Part shown: in pieces, positions 28,975 to 39,374 of the stretch
Position numbering within the stretch: the first letter of the stretch is position 1
How the letters are laid out: each line of letters starts with the position of its first letter
NCBI GenBank assembly: GCA_002919235.1
Contig: PKEX01000029.1
Location: forward strand, 48,583 to 112,582
Direction of reading: 5' to 3'
DNA length: 64,000 nucleotides
Origin: Clostridia bacterium
GTDB taxonomy: Bacteria; Bacillota; Limnochordia; DTU080; RSA5
Notes under the pieces: generated by a model
Told to the model about the DNA's origin: nothing
Databases searched by the model: none
Seen by the model: the letters and a program-made list of their open reading frames with translations, nothing else
Translations under genes and position numbers: made by a program

Positions 28975-28983
28975 CCAGCGGCG

Positions 28984-29931
28984 CTATTCCGGCAAGGCCC
29001 GCTCGAGCAGCCGGGCCCAGTTTTCCCCCATGATCATGGCCACCTCATCCGGAGTGAACCCCCGCGCCCGCAGGGCATCGGCCAAAGCGGAGAGCCCCGT
29101 GACGTCCTCAAGGCCGGGGACAGTCCCGTCAAAGCCGTCGAAATCGCTGCCCAAACCGACCGCGCCGGCCCCCGCGACGGCGACGGCGTGCTCGATGTGG
29201 TCGACCACCCGTTCAATCCCGGCCTTGCCGCCGGCGGAGAGAAAGGCCGGGCAAAAGGTGATCCCAACCACGCCCCCGGTGTCGGCCAGGGCCCGCAGCT
29301 GCGGGTCGGTGAGGTTTCGGGGATGGTCGCAAAGAGCCCGGGCGTTGGAGTGGGAGGCGATGACGGGGGCCCGGCTGACCCGGATGACGTCCCAAAATCC
29401 TCGCTCTGAAAGATGGGAGACGTCGACGATCATGCCGACCTCTTGCATGACCCGGACCACTTCTTTCCCGAAGGGCGTCAGGCCCCCGCCCGCGTCGTCC
29501 CATACCCCGTCGGCGAGGGGGTTCCGGTGGTTCCAGACCAGGCCCATGGCCCGCACGCCCAGGCGGAAGAAGGCGAGGAGCGCTTCGATGCTGCGGCCGA
29601 CGGCTTCGCCCCCTTCGATGGAGAGAAGCCCCCAAAAGCCTCCGCGGGCCCGGCGGACGTCGCTCCGGCGCAGCACCACGCCGGTGGCGGCCAGCCCTTC
29701 GCGGCTTGCCCGCTCGATCCCCGAGTAAAAGCGCTCGATCATTTCCAGCGCTTTCAGCGCGTAGCCCGGGCCCTGGTGCGCCGGGTCCGAGAAAATCGCC
29801 ATGAACTGGATGTTTACACCCGCTTCAAGAAAGCGCGGCAGATCAGCATGGCCCCGGCAGCCGCGCTGGATCCAGTCCCTCCCTTCCCTGGCCGCAGCCC
29901 ACAGGGTGTCGCAGTGCCCGTCCACGATCAT
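28984..29931 (-). CDS. membrane dipeptidase (peptidase family M19)
   Basis: Internal ATG, MIVDGHCDTLW (the track's N-terminal extension rejected). Renal-dipeptidase motifs HSNARALCDHPRN and GSDFDG. Confidence 0.85.
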   Translation of the reverse strand: MIVDGHCDTLWAAAREGRDWIQRGCRGHADLPRFLEAGVNIQFMAIFSDPAHQGPGYALKALEMIERFYSGIERASREGLAATGVVLRRSDVRRARGGFWGLLSIEGGEAVGRSIEALLAFFRLGVRAMGLVWNHRNPLADGVWDDAGGGLTPFGKEVVRVMQEVGMIVDVSHLSERGFWDVIRVSRAPVIASHSNARALCDHPRNLTDPQLRALADTGGVVGITFCPAFLSAGGKAGIERVVDHIEHAVAVAGAGAVGLGSDFDGFDGTVPGLEDVTGLSALADALRARGFTPDEVAMIMGENWARLLERALPE

Positions 29932-30075
29932 GGGTCCACCTCCTGGCGGGAGATAAAAAACAAGCCCGCTGCGGCGGTCCGCAGCAGGCTTGTCTCTTTC
30001 CTTGTGGGACGAAGCGCACGCCCCGCCCGGGGGGCGTACGCCCGCCGGCGAGAGGCGCATCGCCGAAACGCGCCC

Positions 30076-30336
30076 TCACCGGGGTTCGACGATGAGTTTG
30101 ATCGCAGTCCTTTCCTGTCCATCGATCTCGATGTCCGTGAACGCGGGGATGCAGATGAGGTCGAGACCGCTGGGCGCCACGAAGCCCCTGGCGATCGCCA
30201 CGGCCTTCACCGCCTGGTTGAGCGCCCCGGCGCCGATGGCCTGGATCTCGGCGCCTCCCCGCTCCCGGATGACGCCGGCCAGCGCCCCGGCCACGGCGTT
30301 AGGGTTGGATTTCGAAGAGACCTTGAGCACTTCCAT
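30076..30336 (-). CDS. spoVS: stage V sporulation protein S
   Basis: 86 aa, MEVLKVSSKSNPNAVAGALAGVIRE..., almost identical in pattern to B. subtilis SpoVS. Confidence 0.95.
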   Translation of the reverse strand: MEVLKVSSKSNPNAVAGALAGVIRERGGAEIQAIGAGALNQAVKAVAIARGFVAPSGLDLICIPAFTDIEIDGQERTAIKLIVEPR

Positions 30337-30406
30337 GGTGGATTTCAGCTCCTACTTGGGGTCTGGTGCGATGTCGGCAATTTGCGAATTTACCGTCCGA
30401 CTCGAT

Positions 30407-30442
30407 AGTATAAGTTAGCCGCCCTGGGAATGAAATCCTTTC
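30407..30442 (-). promoter_or_regulatory. candidate spoVS promoter: sigma-A-like -35 TTCATT / 16 nt / -10 TATACT, overlapping a sigma-H-like -35 AAAGGATTT
   Basis: Seen in the 187-nt gap upstream of spoVS. There is no sigma-H -10 (GAAT), so the assignment is weak. Confidence 0.25.
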
Positions 30443-30459
30443 GACGCGAACCGCCCGGT

Positions 30460-30496
30460 GAAAAAAGCTCCTGGCAGCACGGGTCTGCCAGGAGCT
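30460..30496 (-). terminator. rho-independent terminator after rny
   Basis: Minus-strand RNA: AGCUCCUGGCAG-ACCCGUG-CUGCCAGGAGCU (12-bp perfect stem), followed by UUUUUUC. It begins 28 nt after the rny stop. Confidence 0.75.
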
Positions 30497-30523
30497 GGAC
30501 CTCTTCCTGCACCGGCGAGCGGT

Positions 30524-32056
<1,533 letters not shown>

Positions 32057-32299
32057 GGAAAGCCACCCCCCTTCCCCAGTCTCTTCTCGTCATGGACAGT
32101 TGGCGTACGACGGGGCTGTCCCAGGGGGCGCTACGTGCAAAGAGAGCCGAGTTGCTTGGACTCGGCTCCTCACATTCGCACCGGTCGTTCAGATCCGCCT
32201 TCCCGCCCGCCTCGCCGCCTTCAAGGCGCCGGAGCGAGCGGTCTCATGTCCTACAGGAAAGGCGCATCCGCCGCACGTACACGCCAAAAACTACGATTC

Positions 32300-32329
32300 A
32301 TTCTACCTCTCGCCAAGAAGTGTTGTCAA
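32300..32329 (-). promoter_or_regulatory. sigma-A promoter for rny: -35 TTGACA (32324-32329), 18-nt spacer, -10 TAGAAT (32300-32305)
   Basis: Consensus -35 and near-consensus -10, read on the minus strand 34 nt after the recX stop. Predicts a ~235-nt 5' leader containing an 8-bp hairpin (32145-32167). Confidence 0.55.
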
Positions 32330-32362
32330 GGAGAGCCGCCCCTCCCAAGGGGTCGAGTCCCT

Positions 32363-32995
32363 CTACGGGAAAAGCCGGCCCATCACCCTGGAGATCACCC
32401 GGGGCGCGAACCCTCGCCGCTCCAACAGGCCGTAGATGCGCCGCATCGCCTTTTCCCGCGGCAGGTGACCGAGCCGCGCAAGCCGCTCTTTCGCCAGGGC
32501 GAAAGCCCACTCGGTCTCCTGCGCCTCGGTGACGCCGCCGGCGGCCTCGTCGGCGATGGCCGGGGGAACGCCTTGGCGGCGAAGCTCCAGCGCGAGCCGC
32601 CGGGCCCCCATCGGCCGGTGTTCGACCCGAGAGCGCACCCACTGCCGGGCAAACGCCTCGTCGTCCAGGTACCCCAGGGACCGGAGCCACGCGACGGCGG
32701 CGCCTGCGATCTCCGGGTCAAAGCCCAGCTGCAGCAGGCGCTCCTTCACCTGCGCCTCGGTGCGGGCCCGCGCCGCGAGCATGCGGAGCGCCCTGGCCTT
32801 GGCCCGGCTCAGCGCCACGTGGGCGCGCACACGGGCCACCTGCTCTTCGTCGAAGAGATCGCCCTCCCGCAGCGGGAGCCGGAGATACGCTTCCTCGTCC
32901 AGGTCCGCCGCGTGCTCGCCGTCGACGTAGATGGCGTACTCCCCTTTTCCGGGCCGCTTGTGGACCGCGGTGACGATCCGGGGCAACGGGTTCAT
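32363..32995 (-). CDS. recX: recombination regulator RecX
   Basis: 210 aa with three helical RecX repeats, downstream of recA. Confidence 0.88.
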   Translation of the reverse strand: MNPLPRIVTAVHKRPGKGEYAIYVDGEHAADLDEEAYLRLPLREGDLFDEEQVARVRAHVALSRAKARALRMLAARARTEAQVKERLLQLGFDPEIAGAAVAWLRSLGYLDDEAFARQWVRSRVEHRPMGARRLALELRRQGVPPAIADEAAGGVTEAQETEWAFALAKERLARLGHLPREKAMRRIYGLLERRGFAPRVISRVMGRLFP

Positions 32996-33006
32996 CTCCC
33001 GGCGCC

Positions 33007-34053
33007 TCAGTTATCCTGCGGCTCCGCCGAGCCGTTCGGGACATTGCCCTCGCCGGGCACCGGCAGGCCGGCGGCCTTCCGCACCAGCGCCTCGATCTCG
33101 TCAGCCAAATCCGGGTTCTCCTTGAGGAATTCCCGTGCGTTCTCCCGGCCCTGCCCCAGCCGGATGTCGCCGTAGGAGTACCATGCGCCGCTCTTGGTGA
33201 CGATGTCCAGCTCGCTGGCGAGATCCAGGATGTTGCCCTCCCGGGAGATGCCCTCGCCGTAAAGGATGTCAAATTCGGCTTCCCGGAACGGCGGCGCGAC
33301 CTTGTTCTTGATCACCTTCACCCGGGTGCGGCTGCCCACGGTCTCGTTCCCCTGTTTGAGCGTCTCGACCCGCCGGATGTCCATGCGGATCGAGGCGTAG
33401 AATTTGAGAGCTCGCCCGCCCGGCGTCACTTCGGGCGAGCCGAACATGACGCCGACCTTCTCCCGGATCTGGTTGGTGAAGATGACGGCCGTGCGGGAAC
33501 GGCTGATGGCTCCGGTCAGCTTCCTGAGGGCCTGCGACATCAGCCGGGCCTGCAGGCCTACGTGCTGGTCGCCCATCTCGCCTTCGATCTCCGCCCGGGG
33601 CACCAGGGCGGCCACCGAGTCGATGACGATCACGTCCACCGCGCCGCTTCGCACCAGCGCTTCGGCGATCTCCAGCGCGCTCTCGGCGTTGTCGGGCTGG
33701 GAAATCAGGAGGCTGTCGACGTCGACGCCCACTTTTGCGGCGTAAGTCGGGTCGAGAGCGTGCTCCACGTCGATCACCGCCGCGATGCCGCCCCGCTTTT
33801 GCGCCTCGGCGATGACGTGCAAGCACAGCGTGGTCTTGCCCGAAGACTCCGGCCCGTACACTTCCACCACGCGGCCCCTGGGGATGCCGCCGACGCCCAA
33901 GGCGATGTCGAGGGACAAGGCCCCGGTGGGAATCACCTCCACCTGCAGCTTGGCCGTGGCCTCGCCCAGCCTCATGATGGAACCCTTGCCGTGCTGCTTT
34001 TCGATCTGGAGCAGCGCCAGCTCCAGCGCCTTTTCCTTCTCGCTCAGGCTCAT
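33007..34053 (-). CDS. recA: recombinase RecA
   Basis: 348 aa from the internal ATG ([25 protein letters not shown]...), RBS GGAAGGAGA. Walker [10 protein letters not shown]. The track's 51-aa N-terminal extension is rejected. Confidence 0.97.
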   Translation of the reverse strand: MSLSEKEKALELALLQIEKQHGKGSIMRLGEATAKLQVEVIPTGALSLDIALGVGGIPRGRVVEVYGPESSGKTTLCLHVIAEAQKRGGIAAVIDVEHALDPTYAAKVGVDVDSLLISQPDNAESALEIAEALVRSGAVDVIVIDSVAALVPRAEIEGEMGDQHVGLQARLMSQALRKLTGAISRSRTAVIFTNQIREKVGVMFGSPEVTPGGRALKFYASIRMDIRRVETLKQGNETVGSRTRVKVIKNKVAPPFREAEFDILYGEGISREGNILDLASELDIVTKSGAWYSYGDIRLGQGRENAREFLKENPDLADEIEALVRKAAGLPVPGEGNVPNGSAEPQDN

Positions 34054-34072
34054 CCTGCGCGTCTCCTTCCTC

Positions 34073-34663
34073 TCACTCTCCCGGCTCAACTTCCGGTAGC
34101 GGCAGCGAGTACCGTTCCGTGTAGACGGGTCCCGCCGGGGTGAGCCGGCTCTCGTATACGACGACCCGCCCCACCCGCTCCGGCCCCGCCGCGAACGCCG
34201 CGGCACCGGGCGGGCCCGCCGGACCGGCGGAAAGCTCGTTCCATTGCGGGATGCGTCCCAGTGTCACGTGGGGCGTGAACGGGCGCGCTTCCCCGGGAAA
34301 CCCCCGGCGGGCCAGAGCCTCTTCGATCCGGGCCGCCAGGACCGAAAGCTCCTCGCGCCCGGCGGCCACCCCCGCCCAGAGCACCCGGGGCCGGTGCCAA
34401 CCGGGAAAGGCCCCGATGCCCTCGAACGACAGGGTGAACGGCCCGAGTCCCTGAATCGCGGCTCCGGTGGCTTCCGCGACGCCCGGCAGCGCTTCCCGGG
34501 GGATCTCCCCCAAGAACTTCAGGGTGATGTGAAACTGCGCAGGGCGGGTCCATCGCGCCGCGATCCCTCCCGCCTTCAGCAGCTCCTGCGCGGCCTCAAG
34601 CGAAGCTGCCGTCCCGGCGGAGAGGGGCACGGCGATGAACACCCGGAGCGTGGACGACGTCAT
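34073..34663 (-). CDS. thpR: RNA 2',3'-cyclic phosphodiesterase (2H phosphoesterase, ThpR/LigT)
   Basis: 196 aa with two HxT/S motifs ([15 protein letters not shown]). Confidence 0.85.
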   Translation of the reverse strand: MTSSTLRVFIAVPLSAGTAASLEAAQELLKAGGIAARWTRPAQFHITLKFLGEIPREALPGVAEATGAAIQGLGPFTLSFEGIGAFPGWHRPRVLWAGVAAGREELSVLAARIEEALARRGFPGEARPFTPHVTLGRIPQWNELSAGPAGPPGAAAFAAGPERVGRVVVYESRLTPAGPVYTERYSLPLPEVEPGE

Positions 34664-34732
34664 ACGGAAAGGTTCGACTCTTGACCGCGGGTTTCCTTGT
34701 GCCGCCCGACCAGATGTTCGCCCTTGCGAGCG

Positions 34733-36190
34733 CTACGGAGCGGGGGCCAGGTGCCGTTCGAGGACGAACCCCTCGGCGATGGGCGAAAGGCGGATCACAT
34801 CCACGGCCAAGGGCCGCACCCCGCCGTCCAGCGAGAGGTAGATCACCGCGAGGCTGATGCGCACCGGCTCCTCCCCTTGGAAGCCTCGCACGCCCGCTCC
34901 TCCCGTGGTGCCGGCGTTGACGTAGGCGGTTCCCCCGCGGAACGAGACGCCCGGCGCGTGGCTGTGGCCGAAAAGGACCAAAGGCACCAGTCCGGGGCGG
35001 ATCGCGGACGCCACCCGGTGGTTGTGGAGCGCGAGGATGTCCGGGCGCTCCGTCATACCGGCCAGGGCCCCGTTGATCTCCTCTGCCAGCATCTTGGCCT
35101 CGGCGGGGGTCAGGGCGGACGCACTGGGCCCCGCGGCCGCGGGATCGCCGATGCCCAGGATCCTGACGCCCGACGCCTCCACCATCTGCCCGTCGATGAG
35201 ACGGACCGGCTCGATCAGGGACAGCGCGGCAGCCACCTCGGGCGTCTCGTGGTTTCCCGTGACAAAAAGGTGCGGGACGGGAAACTCGCGCAGCCCTCTG
35301 AGGAGCTCGGCTTCAAGGCGCGTGCCCAGGTCGGTGAGATCGCCGGTGTTGACGGCGAAGTCCACAGAAAACGCGCGCGCGATCTCCCGGGCCACGTCCA
35401 TGGCGGCCGGATGGTTGTGGATGTCGGTGATGTGCAGGATGGTGACGTCGGCCTCCTCCAGCGCCAGGGGCGGGGGGAGCGCTTCGATGCGCTGGTACAT
35501 CTGGTACACGCTGCGAGCCAGCGTGCGAAGGCGCTCTCCCACTTCTTCCACCTGGCCCACCGCCTGTTGGACCGCGTCGACCACCCAGGGGAGCGATGCG
35601 AGGGCCCCGCGGTACGTCGGCGACCGGAAGGCCGAGGGATCGAACGTAGCCCACGCCCAGGCGGCCAAAAGCCCCAAGGCCAGGGCGCCCGACAAGCCCG
35701 CAAGCCCCGCGGCGCGCGCCACGGCCGCGAGGCGGGGCTTGAGCAAAGCCAGCAGCACGGCCCCTCCTGCCGCGCCGCCGGCAAGCCCCAGCCCGATGAG
35801 GCGCAGGGCGAAGGCGCGCGCCCGGCGAGCCGCCTCAAACGCCATGCCGCGGAACGCCTCGACCGTGCCGTCCCCGGCCGGCTGGGCCAGGATGTCCGCC
35901 AGGGCGTCGAAGTCGATTTCCTCCAGCGAGACCACCAGCCGCCCCGGACCCCTGTGGGTCGCGGCGGCAGCCGCCCCCAACGGGGGAAAGCGAAGCTCCG
36001 TGGTCCCGGAAAGAGACGGGCTCCAGCGGGCCCGCACTCCAAAAGGTCCAATCCGGTACGGCTGCTCTCCGAGGAGGCCTGCCGCGGCGACGCCCGCCCC
36101 GATCCCTACCACTACCAGCAGCGCGGCCAGCCGCAGGCCCCGGCCGCTCCGGGGGAAGCGCCCCTCCCGCCGGCCGTCATGCCACGCCAT
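34733..36190 (-). CDS. membrane-associated calcineurin-like metallophosphoesterase
   Basis: Internal ATG with GGGAG 9 nt upstream. N-terminal TM segments followed by an MPE core (HITDIHN, GDLTD, GNHE, GHSH). Confidence 0.75.
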   Translation of the reverse strand: MAWHDGRREGRFPRSGRGLRLAALLVVVGIGAGVAAAGLLGEQPYRIGPFGVRARWSPSLSGTTELRFPPLGAAAAATHRGPGRLVVSLEEIDFDALADILAQPAGDGTVEAFRGMAFEAARRARAFALRLIGLGLAGGAAGGAVLLALLKPRLAAVARAAGLAGLSGALALGLLAAWAWATFDPSAFRSPTYRGALASLPWVVDAVQQAVGQVEEVGERLRTLARSVYQMYQRIEALPPPLALEEADVTILHITDIHNHPAAMDVAREIARAFSVDFAVNTGDLTDLGTRLEAELLRGLREFPVPHLFVTGNHETPEVAAALSLIEPVRLIDGQMVEASGVRILGIGDPAAAGPSASALTPAEAKMLAEEINGALAGMTERPDILALHNHRVASAIRPGLVPLVLFGHSHAPGVSFRGGTAYVNAGTTGGAGVRGFQGEEPVRISLAVIYLSLDGGVRPLAVDVIRLSPIAEGFVLERHLAPAP

Positions 36191-36246
36191 GGAGATCATC
36201 TCCCACGGTGTGAGGGTGTCCGCGCTGCAGGAGTGCCACACGCGCC

Positions 36247-37497
36247 CTAGGGCGTTTCCCTCTCCTCCAGAAGGGCGAGCCTGACGAGGTTCAGCGCTTC
36301 GCTGGCACTGCGCCACTTGATCTCTTCCCGGCTGCCCGCGAAGCGCGCCGTCCACGTGCGGGTTCCCCCGGGGGTGGCCAAGGCAAAACAGACGGTGCCG
36401 ACCGGCTTCTCTTCCGTTCCGCCTCCCGGGCCTGCGATTCCGGTGACGGCCACCGCCAGGTCCGCTCCGGACCGCTGAAGGGCGCCTTGGGCCATCTCAG
36501 CCGCCACCGGCTCGCTCACGGCACCGTGGCGAGCCAGCGTCTCGGGACGTACGCCCAGCTGCTCCACTTTAGCCTCGTTCGAATAGACTACCCAGCCCTG
36601 GCGCAGATAGTCAGAGCTTCCCGGCACGTTGGTGATCCGGTGCGTGATGAGCCCGCCGGTGCACGATTCCGCAACCGCCAGCTTCTTGCCCCGCTCCCGC
36701 AGGAGCCGGCCCGCCACCCGCTCCAGGGTGTCGTCGCCTTCGCCGTAGAGAAACCGGCCGGCCCGGGAGCGGATCTCCCGCTCCACCGGCTCGATGATCC
36801 GGGCCGCTTCCCCGGGGCTGTCCGCTTTGGCCGTGATGCGAAGCCGTACCTCCCCGACGCTGGCGTACGGCGCTACGGTGGGATTTTCCCCGTGCAGCAG
36901 GTCCTTGACTCGTTCCTCCAGGGCCGATTCGCCGATGCCGTAGAAGCGGAGGGTCTTGGAAAGGATCACCGAAGGGCCGCCGGCCAGCCGGGAAAGCCGC
37001 GGCGCGACCTCCTCCTTCCACATGGCTCGCATTTCGCCGGGCACTCCCGGAAGGCAGAAGACGTGGGCGCCGTGGACCTTGAGGTACACCCCGGGCGCCG
37101 TGCCCACCCGGTTGGGAAGGATCTCGGCCCCCTCGGGAATCATGGCCTGGCGCAAGTTGTTCTCAGGCATCTCCCGCCCGAGGCGCTCGAAGTACCCGCG
37201 CACCTGGGCCAGTGCTTCCGGGTGAAGCTGCAGCCGCTTTCCGGCCACGGCCGCCAGGGCCTCTTTCGTCAGGTCGTCCTCGGTGGGGCCCAGGCCGCCC
37301 GTGACGATGACCACGTCTGAACGGACCAGGGCTTGGCCGAGCACGGCAGCCAGCCGGAGCGGGTTGTCTCCCACGTGGGTCTGGAAGTAGCAGTCGATGC
37401 CCAGTTCCGCGAGGCCTTGCGCGATTTCGGCGGAGTTGGTGTCCACCACCTGGCCCAAGAGCAGCTCGGTCCCGACGGCGACGATCTCCGCTTTCAC
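36247..37497 (-). CDS. cinA: competence/damage-inducible protein CinA (MoaB/MogA-like plus CinA C-terminal domain)
   Basis: GTG start (VKAEIVAVGTELLLGQVVDTNS) with RBS GGAAAGGGTG 9 nt upstream. Lies upstream of recA as in Bacillus. Confidence 0.9.
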   Translation of the reverse strand: MKAEIVAVGTELLLGQVVDTNSAEIAQGLAELGIDCYFQTHVGDNPLRLAAVLGQALVRSDVVIVTGGLGPTEDDLTKEALAAVAGKRLQLHPEALAQVRGYFERLGREMPENNLRQAMIPEGAEILPNRVGTAPGVYLKVHGAHVFCLPGVPGEMRAMWKEEVAPRLSRLAGGPSVILSKTLRFYGIGESALEERVKDLLHGENPTVAPYASVGEVRLRITAKADSPGEAARIIEPVEREIRSRAGRFLYGEGDDTLERVAGRLLRERGKKLAVAESCTGGLITHRITNVPGSSDYLRQGWVVYSNEAKVEQLGVRPETLARHGAVSEPVAAEMAQGALQRSGADLAVAVTGIAGPGGGTEEKPVGTVCFALATPGGTRTWTARFAGSREEIKWRSASEALNLVRLALLEERETP

Positions 37498-37640
37498 GTT
37501 GGTCCACACCCTTTCCCAGCGGCCGCTCTCGCGAGACGGGCGAGAGGCCGCGCAGACTGAAAAGGAAAAGCGGCGCCCGGGGACGAACTCCCCGGCGGCT
37601 TGGCAAGGCTACGCCGATTTCAACTGCGAGGGGCGACACC

Positions 37641-38495
37641 GTGACCGCCGATTCCGTCGGCCGGCAAAAGCTGAGAATGGGCGCGGCCGGGGTAGGCGTC
37701 AGCCTCGTCCTCTTCGGCCTCAAGACGTGGGCCGCAGTCCGCACGGCCAGCGCCGCCGTCCTCTCCGACGCCCTCAACGCCTTTCTCGACGTGCTCACCT
37801 ATTCCGTGGCCTACGTGAGCATCCGGGTGCACGACCGCCAGCCCGACGAGGATCACCCCTTCGGCCACCGCCGGGCCGAACCGCTGGCGGGCATGCTCTT
37901 TGCCGTGTTCGCTTCAGCCCTGGGCGCCACGGTGGTGCGGGACGCCGTCGGCAGCGTGTTCCAGCCCGCCGAGCTCCGCCAGGATCCTCTTTCCGCAGGG
38001 CTGCTCGTCCTCGGCATCGCCCTGAAAAGCGCCATGGCCGCCTGGTACCGCCGGGGAGCGAGAAGCACCGGAAGCCCCATCCTCAGGGCCAGCTTCGTCG
38101 ACTCCCGCAACGACGTGCTGGCCAGCGTGGTGGCCTTGGCCGGCTTCGGCCTGGGAGGCTATTGGGACGCCGCCGCCGCCCTGGCCATCGGGTGTTGGAT
38201 CGTGGGCTCCGGCGTCCGGGTCGGCCTGGAAAACGCGGGGTATCTCATGGGCAAGGCCCCGTCCAAAGACGTTCAGGCCGCGATTCTCGCCGCCGCGAAG
38301 GCCGTCCCGGGCGTGCGGGGCCTGCACGACTTGCGGGCCCATTACGTGGGCGACCGAGTGCACGTGGAGCTCCACGTCGAACTGGACAAGAACCTCTCTC
38401 TGGCCGAGGCCCACGCGATCGGCGACCGCGTCCGGCGCACCCTGGAGGAAATGGAGCTGGTCCAGGAAGCCTTTATCCACATCGACCCTGTGTGA
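37641..38495 (+). CDS. cation diffusion facilitator (CDF) family metal efflux transporter
   Basis: 284 aa, six TM helices plus the C-terminal cytoplasmic domain (HVELHVELD). GTG start with RBS GAGGGG. Confidence 0.85.
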   Translation: MTADSVGRQKLRMGAAGVGVSLVLFGLKTWAAVRTASAAVLSDALNAFLDVLTYSVAYVSIRVHDRQPDEDHPFGHRRAEPLAGMLFAVFASALGATVVRDAVGSVFQPAELRQDPLSAGLLVLGIALKSAMAAWYRRGARSTGSPILRASFVDSRNDVLASVVALAGFGLGGYWDAAAALAIGCWIVGSGVRVGLENAGYLMGKAPSKDVQAAILAAAKAVPGVRGLHDLRAHYVGDRVHVELHVELDKNLSLAEAHAIGDRVRRTLEEMELVQEAFIHIDPV

Positions 38496-38531
38496 CGACC
38501 GGCCGGCCCTGTACGGGGCAGCCTTGGCCGC

Positions 38532-38990
38532 CTATTCCTCCAGCAGCTCCGCCTTCTCCAGGCGCACGTTCCCCGCCTTCAAGATCTCGATAGAGTTGGG
38601 ATCGGGATAGTCCGTCAGGTAGACCACGCGCTCCACTCCCGCCTGGACCATGGCTTTGGCGCAGGCGACGCAAGGAAAGTCGGTGCAGTACATGGTGGAG
38701 CCCCGGGACGAGACCCCGTTGATCGCGCACTGGAGGATGGCGTTCAGCTCGGCGTGAACGGTGCGCTCGCAGGATTCCCGCCCGTCCCGCACGACGATGA
38801 GGCAGCCCACGTCGTCGCAGTGGGGTGCGCCCTTTACAGAGCCGTTGTACCCCGTGGCCAGCACCCGCTGGTCGCGCACCAGGACGGCGCCCACCCGCCT
38901 CCGGGGGCACGTGGCCCGCGTGGCCGCCAGTTTGGCCATTCTCAGGAAGTACTGGTCCCAGTCGGGCCGCTGGTGGGTTCGCACCGTCAC
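38532..38990 (-). CDS. dCMP (deoxycytidylate) deaminase, ComEB-like
   Basis: 152 aa with zinc motifs HAELNAI and PCVACA. Confidence 0.88.
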   Translation of the reverse strand: MTVRTHQRPDWDQYFLRMAKLAATRATCPRRRVGAVLVRDQRVLATGYNGSVKGAPHCDDVGCLIVVRDGRESCERTVHAELNAILQCAINGVSSRGSTMYCTDFPCVACAKAMVQAGVERVVYLTDYPDPNSIEILKAGNVRLEKAELLEE

Positions 38991-39000
38991 GTTTCGTCCC

Positions 39001-39354
39001 TCATTTCCCGGGGGCCGCGGGGTAGCGGGCCGCGTTGTGGTCGATCTTCAGGTCGATGGCCCGGGCCAGGTCGAAGCCCAGGACGTTGGCGAGGCTCATG
39101 CAGTAGATCACCACGTCGGCCACCTCCTGCTGCAGGTGGTGCAGGCGCTCCGGGGATTCGAGGCAGTAGGCCGCCGCCTGGTCCGACTCCACCCACTGCA
39201 GGATCTCCATCAGCTCCGCAGCCTCGATGCTGATGGACATGGCCAGGTTCTTGGGAGAATGGAAGGCCTGCCACCCGCGCTCCTGGACAAAGCGGCCGAC
39301 GGCCTCTTTCACCTCCCGGAAGGTGGTCGCATCATCCCGCCATCCTCTCGGCAT
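39001..39354 (-). CDS. MazG-like nucleotide pyrophosphohydrolase (small single-domain NTP-PPase)
   Basis: About 117 aa from the internal ATG. EAAELMEILQW...EVADVVIYCMSLANVLGFDL is the MazG EExxE/D helix pattern. Confidence 0.75.
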   Translation of the reverse strand: MPRGWRDDATTFREVKEAVGRFVQERGWQAFHSPKNLAMSISIEAAELMEILQWVESDQAAAYCLESPERLHHLQQEVADVVIYCMSLANVLGFDLARAIDLKIDHNAARYPAAPGK

Positions 39355-39374
39355 CCCCATCGCTCCCTCGTCTC

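Noticed and set aside
30429-30442. sigma-H promoter for spoVS (AAAGGATTT -35-like element)
   Set aside because: No GAAT-type -10 at the right spacing; retained only as a weak sigma-A-like candidate.
38496-38531. Bidirectional terminator between the convergent CDF and dCMP deaminase genes
   Set aside because: Only short GC palindromes (GGCCGGCC, GCCCT-GTAC-GGGGC) with no U-runs on either strand; not convincing.
38532-38990. dCMP deaminase as an anti-phage dCTP-deaminase defence gene
   Set aside because: The protein is 152 aa with only the canonical deaminase domain. Defence-type dCTP deaminases carry additional N-terminal domains. The flanking genes are housekeeping.
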